DNA of 55,514 nucleotides, from NCBI GenBank assembly GCA_963790825.1, contig CAWBPM010000001.1:1-55514 (forward strand). Direction: 5' to 3'. Below the pieces are notes generated by a model that was given only the letters and a program-made list of their open reading frames with translations, made no database searches and was not told the origin of the DNA. This document shows positions 49,301 through 55,514 of this stretch, piece after piece (position 1 is the first letter of the stretch; the number at the start of each line of letters is the position of its first letter). Source of the stretch: Candidatus Levyibacteriota bacterium (lineage in GTDB: Bacteria > Patescibacteriota > Microgenomatia > Levybacterales > UBA12049). Both the position numbers and the translations under genes were made by a program.

Positions 49301-51313
49301 CGGTTCATTAGCTTTGTCAACGGTGTTGGGACTACGGAAGGTGCAATTCAATCTGATGGAGCTGGAGGCATTGAATATAAAACAACTGGAGCTGATTTTG
49401 CCGAATACTTTAGCAAATCAGACCCAACGGAACCAATATCTTCAGGAGATATTATCTGCCAAACAGATAGCGGAGTACACAGATGCGATAGTCAATCAGC
49501 AATAATTGGCGTTGTATCCGAGCATCCTGGCTTCACCGGGGGCGAAGATGGACCGAATAAAATTCTCGTTGCTTTAAATGGACAGGTACTTGTAAACGTA
49601 CTTACGACTAACGGGATTATTAAGTCCGGTGACCCAATCACAACTTCAGATATTCCAGGTATCGGTGTAAAAGCTAGCAAAGCCGGTCAAATTATTGGTA
49701 GAGCTTTAGAAAGTTACAGCGCAGATCCCTATACTGCTGGTGAGATTACTGTACTTATTTCACCGTCGTGGTTTGATCCAAATGTCTATTTAACCAATAG
49801 TGGGAACCTTAATATTTCTTCGAGCTCAACTGGAAACACCTATAGCGTGACTGAGGCTGATGGTAACTTTGCTACTCAGGTCGGTAACTTTAGTAAAGCA
49901 ACAATTGCTTCTTTGCAAACAGGCGTGATTGGTGCGCAGGAATTATTGGTTGACAGCTCAGCAACGATTCTAGGAACCTTGAAAGTAGGAATAATTCAAG
50001 CCTCAGAGATAAGTACAAATAGCATTTTTATCGGGGGGCAAAGCCTTAAAGATTATGTGTTAGGTATCATAAAAACACAGCCGATCGTCTCGCCTCTTGC
50101 CGATATTGATATGGTCCATACAAATACCATATCGCCTCTGTCAGATACAAGTAACATCTCTGTATCTCTAAATGACTCTAAGTTTTCTATTCATAATTCT
50201 CAATCTGCATCTTCAGAGGCTGTTGCAACGATTGATAACAATGGAAATGCTACCTTTAGTGGTACTCTTCGGGCAAATAAGATTATTGCATCAGATATTG
50301 AAGGGATTGATAATTTGCCGTCTGCGTCACCATCCGCAATATATGTCACGAACATTACCAACATATCAAATAATTACACTAATGCATCAAATTCTGCGAC
50401 TCCTACCCCCACAATCTCACCAACTACACCAGATCTGGTACAAGCTTCACAGAACGCTTTTTCTACGCCAAGCGGTATACTTACGAGCTTCACCGATACG
50501 GGTGTTGCCAATTTGGCATCAGTCTCTGCGTTTCTTTCTTATGTGCCGAATCTTGAGGCTGATGTTGCCACATTTACCCAAGGGATTATGTCTTTCGGAC
50601 CAACTAGCCTGTCCGATGTTTCTATCGCAGGACAATTATCACTTGGCGGGAATACAATTTATTCCGATAACAGCATTAATGTCATAGGAGCTGACTTGAA
50701 TTTGCAACCCTTACGCCAAGGTGGTGTTTCGATTATGGGAGGATTAGTGGAAATTGACACCGCAGGAAATCTAAATGTTAGCGGCAATGCGGTCTTCGCT
50801 AAAAATGTCCAAGTCTCAGGCACACTTAGTGCTAGCTTAATAAGTCCTCTTCCCGGTAAGGATCTTATAGTTCAGTTGGATCCGGAAAATACAACTCAAA
50901 CTTCTCCTTCTTTTGCTATTCATAACGCATCGGGCAGTGGCGTCTTTGCAATTAACGAACTAGGCAGTTTGATCGCTTCAGGCAGTGGTACGTTTGCAGA
51001 GCTCGCTGCTCAAGGATTCAGTATTGTAAGAGGAGCTCAAGCTGATACTTCAGTTATAGAAACGGTTGCAACTTCATCGGCTGGGGTAGGAACTATACTT
51101 TCAGGTCAAACTGAAAGAACAATTATCACTCCTTTTGTCAAAGCAACCTCGCTTATTTATCTTACTCCTACCTCTAATACTTTTGGTTTGCAACCCTATG
51201 TGGCAAGACAAATACCGGAAGACAAACAAAATCAGACCAAAGGCTCATTTACTGTACAGATTCCTAGGGTTCTTCCTGAGGACATAAGCTTTAATTGGTG
51301 GATCGTTAATTAA
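46373..51313 (+). CDS. Giant (1646 aa) membrane protein: two tandem integrase-type SAM-like (core-binding) domains, TM helix, tail-fibre-like ectodomain
   Basis: Domain 1: FKNYLLSGSEGSAKATIKNYLADIRKFIFWY...SVERYTSSLRKFLQYAQKEGLI. Domain 2: FQNFLYREKTSPLTIKNYINDVKQFLSWV...SPLSINRKLSSVRRFCLWAQQNGLL. No recombinase catalytic domain follows. TM helix LHLGIFIICVSVVGIKVANVLA at about 47550-47615. Fibre motifs include IGINTIHPDFKLDIQD and GADFAEYF...IIGVVSEHPGF...GDPITTSDIPGIGVKA. Confidence 0.9.
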   Translation: MNAILNNFKNYLLSGSEGSAKATIKNYLADIRKFIFWYEKQLGKSFAISDVTQQIVNEYEKSLKIDAESAKIAESSVERYTSSLRKFLQYAQKEGLISWTLSYSTALAGESKDIWHLKSFQNFLYREKTSPLTIKNYINDVKQFLSWVTAVSWVETSWKIKEKNIFAKIDNMLIKEYKSRLFYEARLSPLSINRKLSSVRRFCLWAQQNGLLEKNISICSSNVNPKMITSENLKTIALSEYPHAASSSQMTDLSSKVRSKKAYSSFPPFRFWQKTSRGINFLVDYTLVLGIVRVIEATGHVIWIISGKNIFQDNASVFYQGKLGRLYLKNKAKGKQDYRSFLPIANVKKEIYAPLGISIKYLPLYKRFFYHLRHSRPEWYKRYHSYTLSHYLHLGIFIICVSVVGIKVANVLAQEPLQVLRTPLLPISQAPPRILSFKEKLTDISGRPITATTKLRFALYNDPAASGSALIWQEVRDVQPNIDGLFTVDLGKDTTLPVSIFTQNPSLYLGTTIENQSELAPRQPVATQTYVEDSQTVQGLSPITQFGAGEKNVLLTLDSTGNLTIGDNASPTFEATGGQFQLSGQGLLLTTGTGSNTDITLAPDGLGEIDVQKPLYNSNNFTLPGATPGSLQVNDSLSVLASTSAYPVLNIVQTLAGPLIAASSSGSTKFSVDFLGAGFFADNLTVNGGNITTNQTTASLFSSNAINLNIGHDASALSLGAETGVATINNAETDVAGNFTIQGTSGQTITGAGAGIFFSGNGTHVISAGSGTLTLGQAQINGNLTLADNTAILPSTNNGNDNLGSSDNPFRTLYVNNIVSPALSQAANYLQSQNGSLFPINPTNDFLLGGNATSSALWQVFGSGLNAGTASSSGNLTFIHPTTTISELNGGSLNFQVSPGGDSLASSALFIAQSGNIGINTIHPDFKLDIQDFQIATAAAQIYNTSEGVDADGLLVKLGYTGNGTQPTSANGYIGNRFISFVNGVGTTEGAIQSDGAGGIEYKTTGADFAEYFSKSDPTEPISSGDIICQTDSGVHRCDSQSAIIGVVSEHPGFTGGEDGPNKILVALNGQVLVNVLTTNGIIKSGDPITTSDIPGIGVKASKAGQIIGRALESYSADPYTAGEITVLISPSWFDPNVYLTNSGNLNISSSSTGNTYSVTEADGNFATQVGNFSKATIASLQTGVIGAQELLVDSSATILGTLKVGIIQASEISTNSIFIGGQSLKDYVLGIIKTQPIVSPLADIDMVHTNTISPLSDTSNISVSLNDSKFSIHNSQSASSEAVATIDNNGNATFSGTLRANKIIASDIEGIDNLPSASPSAIYVTNITNISNNYTNASNSATPTPTISPTTPDLVQASQNAFSTPSGILTSFTDTGVANLASVSAFLSYVPNLEADVATFTQGIMSFGPTSLSDVSIAGQLSLGGNTIYSDNSINVIGADLNLQPLRQGGVSIMGGLVEIDTAGNLNVSGNAVFAKNVQVSGTLSASLISPLPGKDLIVQLDPENTTQTSPSFAIHNASGSGVFAINELGSLIASGSGTFAELAAQGFSIVRGAQADTSVIETVATSSAGVGTILSGQTERTIITPFVKATSLIYLTPTSNTFGLQPYVARQIPEDKQNQTKGSFTVQIPRVLPEDISFNWWIVN

Positions 51314-51457
51314 TCATACTCATTTTACTGAAATAGTCCTTGACATTTATCTCTACTATTGGTTCAATTATATTATCCTAGAAAAACTTAATCAACTTAA
51401 GTTCAAATGATAAAGTTTTCATAAAGAATTTTGGATAAGTTTTTATAGGACTATAAG

Positions 51458-54400
51458 ATGCTGCCCTATCTAAATAATCAAGAAACGTACTCAATTCAGG
51501 ATGCCGCTAATTTTCTCGGGATTTCGCCGCAGACTCTTCGTAGGCTCGAAGAACGAGGTATTTTGATTCCGGAGCGGACAGAAGGAAATCATCGTAGGTA
51601 CACACAGGAAGCTTTAGCTACTTACAAAAAAAATAAAAAAAGAGTTGGGACATCTACTTTGATAACTCCACAAGTACGTAATTTTGGAAGTGAGGCAACC
51701 GCTACAATTAGCAACACATCTTCACAACCTGGTATACAAATCATTTCCCCTACTCAACCCATACAGAAACAACCATCTTTAAATACTGTAAGTCAAATAT
51801 CTAATCAGCCAGTACCATCGGTAACCGATCAGCTGAGAAATATTATAAAGTTTGGTAAACCGCAAGCAGATCTTGTTCAGGAAATTGAAAGTCCCTTCCC
51901 CCTTGAAACGAATGGTTACGAAGTAATAGAGAACCCTGAGCAGAGTCAGCCAAAATCCCATGGTTTCCCTAAAAAACCGTCTATTATTTTCAGTGGAGTA
52001 TTAGCTGTTATCTTACTGATCTTCTTCAGCTTGTTATTCTTTAATCGAAATTCCTCGCTAAAAACCTCAACTACAACAAGCCAAACAAATAATAGCAAGT
52101 ACCAAAATATGTATTCAGGGAAAAAACCACTTACTTCAGATCTTGTTTTTAAAGTAGAAATTCCAAGTATATTTGGTGGTAATGTAGAATTCTTGCAAAA
52201 CCTTACCGTTGATAAAAATCTCACTGTAAAAGGTAAAGCAATTTTTAATAGCGGAATTTCTACTAATAACCAAAATATCGATGCGGGAAATGGGACGATT
52301 ACTGCGAGTAATGTGTTGTATGGGATTAAAGCAGGAACTGGAATATCAGTTACTGCAGGCCAAACTCCAACCATCTCAAATTCCGGGGTTACATCTCTAC
52401 AAAACCAGACAGGAAGCTTGCAATTAACTGCGGGATCTGGAATTAGTATTTCAGGCTTAACTATTAGCGCTACTGGTGCTAATTCTTCAAGTTTATCAAG
52501 TTCATATTGGCAACAATCAGGAAACTCTCTTTTCCCTACTACTTTATCAAATGATATTTTAATTGGCGGGAATACTTTGTCTTCTGCCTTATTTTCCGTA
52601 TCTGGAACGACCGGTAATGTAGGAGTATCAGGCACAGTAAATTTTAGTGGTTTAAACGCTTCATCGCCTGTTTTTACCGATGCGTCAAAAAACTTAACAA
52701 ATACAGGAATACTGGACATCGGACACGGCGGTACCGGACAAACTAGTTTTTCATCAAATGCTGTTTTGTTTGGTAATGGTACAGGACCACTTAATTCCAC
52801 GTCTCCACCAACCGCCGGCCAAGTATTGATGGGCAATTTGTCCGGAGTCCCAACATTTACCACCCTCACCGGTGGTATTAGCGTTGATGGAGCAGGTAAT
52901 GTTTCAATAGGATCACACGTTGTCACATTAGGTCCGAATACTACTGGAAACTATCAATCTGGAACAACTGCCGGGAATGGGATATCAGTTAGTGGAACTC
53001 CTGATGCGGGTTGGAGTCCTACGATAGCTATTAATCTTACTTCCTCCGGAGTCAGTAGTAGCACCAGTGCAAATTCAGGATTAGAATCTACCGCTTCTGG
53101 ACTTTCCCTTTTACGTGGATGCGGTAACGGACAAATCTTAAAGTGGGATGCAGACTTAGATCTTTGGGAATGTAATAACGATGCGGGTGCTGGATCAAAT
53201 GCAATTATCAATGTAACCGGCAACAGCTACAGTTCAATTGATACTAGTACTCTTAATTTTTCGAATGATTTCTCGCTCAACGAATCTCCTCTCGGTCAAA
53301 CCAATATAGCGATTGACTACGCTACTTCATATATTACAAGAAGTAACCAGAACGAAACAATTAGTGGTGTTTGGAATTTTAGTAATGGAATAGGAATTGG
53401 CACCACTACTCCTGGAGCTCAACTAAATATTAGTAGCGCAAGTACCGGCAAAGCTCTTGCTATTTTTAATGAAATAGGAGACCAAAATATTCTGACTGCT
53501 TCAAGTTCTGGCAACACTGTTTTTACCATCGATAATACGGGAGCTATCATAACCGGCAGTTATCAAGGAACAACTATTGCAGCTCAATATGGCGGTACCG
53601 GACAGTCCAGCTATACTGCCGGAGATCTCCTTTACGCTACCGGAGCGACTAGTTTAGGTAAACTCTCTGCTGGATCTGGTAATAACGGTAGGGTTCTAAC
53701 TGTTGTCGCCGGCCTACCGGTCTGGGCTTCAGTTTCCGGAGGAGTAGGCGGACTCTGTACTGATTGTGTTATTAATGATCCAAGTTCTAATGCCTTCAAT
53801 ACAATTACTCCAACTGCGAGCAACGTGACCGGCCTCTCAGTCGCTCAAGCATCAGGAGGCAATGTTGATATTTTCAATGTCACTAATAATGGAGGAGGTA
53901 CAACATATCTACAAGTAGCAAGTAATGGCAATATTCTTCTGCCTAATTCCTTCCTTGGTATCGGTACCACCTCACCCATCAGTCTTCTAGATACCGAAGG
54001 AAAAGTAACCGGTAAAGCCTTAGTCTCGCTTAATGAAACCGGCAACCAGAATATCCTGACTGCCAGTGCATCCGGTACTACGGTCTTTACCCTTGACCGC
54101 TCGGGTAACCTTAACAGTGTCAGCGGTGCTTACCAGATCGCCGGTAACAGCGTTCTCTCCTCAACAACCCTGGGAACCGGTGTTACCTCCTCCTCCCTGA
54201 CAACAGTCGGAACACTCACCTCCGGTACCTGGAACGCAACACTTATCACCAGTCAGTACGGCGGTACAGGATTCAACAATAGTGCAGCTGCCCAATACGC
54301 TCTCCCGTACTACTCGGCAACCGGAGTCTTAGGCGGAACTTTGGCAGTCGGAACAACCGGACAATGTCTGGTTGGCAATACCACTGCTGCACCAAGCTGG

Positions 54401-54937
54401 TCGTCTTGTACCGGACTGGGCACCAATTACTTCCAGAGAAATACCACTACCCTCTCTCCGGCAACAGCCAGCGATTCACTCCTCCTGGCTGACTCGGGAA
54501 CTACGACTAACTTCAGGCTGGAAGTCAACGGGAAACAAACCGGTAAAGCCTTAGTCTCGCTTAATGAAACCGGCAACCAGAATATCCTGACTGCCAGTGC
54601 ATCCGGTACTACGGTCTTTACCCTTGACCGCTCGGGTAACCTTAACAGTGTCAGCGGTGCTTACCAGATCGCCGGCAACAGCGTTCTCTCCTCAACAACC
54701 CTGGGAACCGGTGTTACTTCCTCCTCCCTGACAACAGTCGGAACACTCACCTCCGGTACCTGGAACGCAACACTTATCACCAGTCAGTACGGCGGTACAG
54801 GATTCAACAATAGTGCAGCTGCCCAATACGCTCTCCCGTACTACTCGGCAACCGGAGTCTTAGGCGGAACTTTGGCAGTCGGAACAACCGGACAATGTCT
54901 GGTTGGCAATTCCAATGGACAAGTGCCACAAACATGA
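51458..54937 (+). CDS. Giant (at least 1159 aa) membrane protein: MerR/excisionase-type HTH, low-complexity linker, TM helix, tail-fibre-like ectodomain; the C-terminus appears artificially or recombinationally truncated
   Basis: YSIQDAANFLGISPQTLRRLEERGILIPERTEGNHRRY. TM helix IIFSGVLAVILLIFFSLLFF at about 51980-52050. Fibre motifs IGIGTTTPGAQLNISS and LGIGTTSPISLLDTEG. Repeated modules of the form GKAL..NE.G.QNILTAS.SG.TVFT.D and YGGTG. The last 9 codons (SNGQVPQT plus stop) are antisense to a glycosyltransferase gene. Confidence 0.85.
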   Translation: MLPYLNNQETYSIQDAANFLGISPQTLRRLEERGILIPERTEGNHRRYTQEALATYKKNKKRVGTSTLITPQVRNFGSEATATISNTSSQPGIQIISPTQPIQKQPSLNTVSQISNQPVPSVTDQLRNIIKFGKPQADLVQEIESPFPLETNGYEVIENPEQSQPKSHGFPKKPSIIFSGVLAVILLIFFSLLFFNRNSSLKTSTTTSQTNNSKYQNMYSGKKPLTSDLVFKVEIPSIFGGNVEFLQNLTVDKNLTVKGKAIFNSGISTNNQNIDAGNGTITASNVLYGIKAGTGISVTAGQTPTISNSGVTSLQNQTGSLQLTAGSGISISGLTISATGANSSSLSSSYWQQSGNSLFPTTLSNDILIGGNTLSSALFSVSGTTGNVGVSGTVNFSGLNASSPVFTDASKNLTNTGILDIGHGGTGQTSFSSNAVLFGNGTGPLNSTSPPTAGQVLMGNLSGVPTFTTLTGGISVDGAGNVSIGSHVVTLGPNTTGNYQSGTTAGNGISVSGTPDAGWSPTIAINLTSSGVSSSTSANSGLESTASGLSLLRGCGNGQILKWDADLDLWECNNDAGAGSNAIINVTGNSYSSIDTSTLNFSNDFSLNESPLGQTNIAIDYATSYITRSNQNETISGVWNFSNGIGIGTTTPGAQLNISSASTGKALAIFNEIGDQNILTASSSGNTVFTIDNTGAIITGSYQGTTIAAQYGGTGQSSYTAGDLLYATGATSLGKLSAGSGNNGRVLTVVAGLPVWASVSGGVGGLCTDCVINDPSSNAFNTITPTASNVTGLSVAQASGGNVDIFNVTNNGGGTTYLQVASNGNILLPNSFLGIGTTSPISLLDTEGKVTGKALVSLNETGNQNILTASASGTTVFTLDRSGNLNSVSGAYQIAGNSVLSSTTLGTGVTSSSLTTVGTLTSGTWNATLITSQYGGTGFNNSAAAQYALPYYSATGVLGGTLAVGTTGQCLVGNTTAAPSWSSCTGLGTNYFQRNTTTLSPATASDSLLLADSGTTTNFRLEVNGKQTGKALVSLNETGNQNILTASASGTTVFTLDRSGNLNSVSGAYQIAGNSVLSSTTLGTGVTSSSLTTVGTLTSGTWNATLITSQYGGTGFNNSAAAQYALPYYSATGVLGGTLAVGTTGQCLVGNSNGQVPQT
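54007..54379 (+). repeat. Direct repeat copy 1 of the 373-nt fibre C-terminal cassette
   Basis: Base-by-base identical to 54538..54910 except at 54145 (T versus C) and 54187 (C versus T), both synonymous. The offset of 531 nt keeps the reading frame. Confidence 0.95.
54538..54910 (+). repeat. Direct repeat copy 2 of the 373-nt fibre C-terminal cassette, ending at the breakpoint
   Basis: See copy 1. After 54910 the similarity to the sequence following copy 1 (accactgctgcaccaagctgg...) stops abruptly. Confidence 0.95.
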
Positions 54938-55514
54938 ACGGTAAAAAGCATATAGTCACCCCGTAAGCATGATAGTTAACAGCAATAACAACCAGCAAGC
55001 CCGTCAGGAAGGTCTTCATTTTGTTCCAAGAACCGGCCTGATCATTGATCCTGTGCGCGCAATAAAGCGATGCCAGGGCCAAGGCAGGAAGAACAGCATA
55101 CGGTCGAAATTCAAAAGAATGGAATACCAAATTCTGATTAAGGGCCATGATCATAAACGCAACGAAATACCCTACCCACGAACGGAAATAATAATGACCA
55201 ACTTTATATAACAGCCAAAAGCCAATAATAGTTATAAGAATATGCGGGATCGCCAACCCCCATTTATTCATGCCAAACCAATGAATAAAAAAATAATTCA
55301 ACAAATATTCCCCTGGGAAAGTGGAATGATCCCCGTAGGTTTGATGTAGCCAGAAAGGTTTAAAAGCTCCTTGCATGCAATGGAATTGATAAACCTCGTC
55401 ACCCAATAGCTCCCTCCTGCCTAACTTCATAAATCTTAAATACAACCCATAACAAGAAATAAGCAGTGCCACGATCGCGGGCATATTCTTCTTAAAGGCA
55501 AATGGAAATTTGAG
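54911..55514 (-). pseudogene. N-terminal fragment of a GT-C-fold (ArnT/PMT-like, GT39/GT83-type) membrane glycosyltransferase, truncated at 54910/54911; the 5' end may extend off-window
   Basis: Polytopic hydrophobic sequence with a first-loop LLGDEVYQ (acidic DE motif) and STFPGEYLLNYFFIHWFG. The frame is still open upstream of ATG 55484 to the window edge. Only about 200 aa are present, whereas such enzymes are usually more than 400 aa. The ORF tail PDIVRLFRLPKFRLRLRL... is antisense to the fibre cassette. Confidence 0.5.

Noticed and set aside
50172-50687. 171-aa alternative-frame ORF within the 46373 gene
   Set aside because: It is the same strand in a shifted frame, with a Leu/Arg/His/Gln-rich composition typical of out-of-frame reading. 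The main frame is continuous for 1646 codons.
51946-52926. 326-aa antisense ORF (and 52954..53223, 53632..53823, 53845..54045) inside the 51458 fibre gene
   Set aside because: These lie opposite a Gly/Thr/Ser-rich repetitive gene whose codon bias suppresses stops on the complementary strand. The products are low-complexity Pro/Val-rich with no motifs, whereas the sense frame has clear homology to the 1..2088 paralog.
54007-54910. Diversity-generating retroelement (template/variable repeat pair) as an explanation for the duplicated cassette
   Set aside because: The only differences among the three copies are T/C and A/G transitions, mostly synonymous, not substitutions concentrated at adenines. 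No reverse-transcriptase ORF is present in the window.
46373-54937. Prophage or phage-tail-like particle locus, given the tail-fibre-like sequences
   Set aside because: No capsid, portal, terminase, sheath, tube or baseplate candidates are present in the window. The fibre-like proteins have their own TM anchors and cytoplasmic domains, so they appear to be cellular envelope proteins.

Overview
AT-rich, gene-dense bacterial chromosomal segment that reads cleanly in the standard code (TGA, TAA and TAG all act as stops). The gene content suggests a Patescibacteria/CPR-like organism (Microgenomates-type), but this is inference only. That content is a reduced housekeeping set, a sortase, ComEA/ComEC, very large surface proteins, and many genes with no Shine-Dalgarno sequence. 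Housekeeping genes include an F1-type ATP synthase cluster (b, delta, alpha, gamma, beta, epsilon), mreB, a tagA-like glycosyltransferase, a galT-like enzyme, ndk, an M16 peptidase, argS, leuS, comEA/comEC, a two-component system, a sortase, a papain-like peptidase, tRNA-Arg(CCU) and tRNA-Pro(CGG). The unusual part is a set of four giant envelope proteins. (1) A 2387-aa Kelch-propeller/FN3 protein is translationally coupled to a MacB/FtsX-type ABC transporter. (2) A 1646-aa tail-fibre-like protein has a cytoplasmic N terminus made of two tandem integrase-type SAM-like (core-binding) domains. (3, 4) Two paralogous tail-fibre-like proteins lie at the two edges of the window: 51458..54937 on the plus strand, and an open-ended ORF at 1..2088 on the minus strand that the ORF track misses. 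Each of these two starts with a MerR/excisionase-type HTH followed by one TM helix. Their C-terminal parts share a nearly identical G+C-richer cassette. It occurs twice in direct orientation inside 51458..54937 and once inverted at 194..369. The second direct copy ends at an abrupt breakpoint (54910/54911) that truncates both the fibre gene and a convergent GT-C-type glycosyltransferase gene. Other points of interest: the gene in the atpE position encodes a c-subunit-like hairpin with no membrane carboxylate, fused to a secreted domain; leuS carries a nucleotidyltransferase-like insertion; there is an HTH/PIN pair in an AT-rich islet; there is a 1.28-kb non-coding gap; and extended -10 boxes recur 6-7 nt upstream of ATG codons, suggesting leaderless transcripts. 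All family assignments are by-eye motif recognition and no searches were run.
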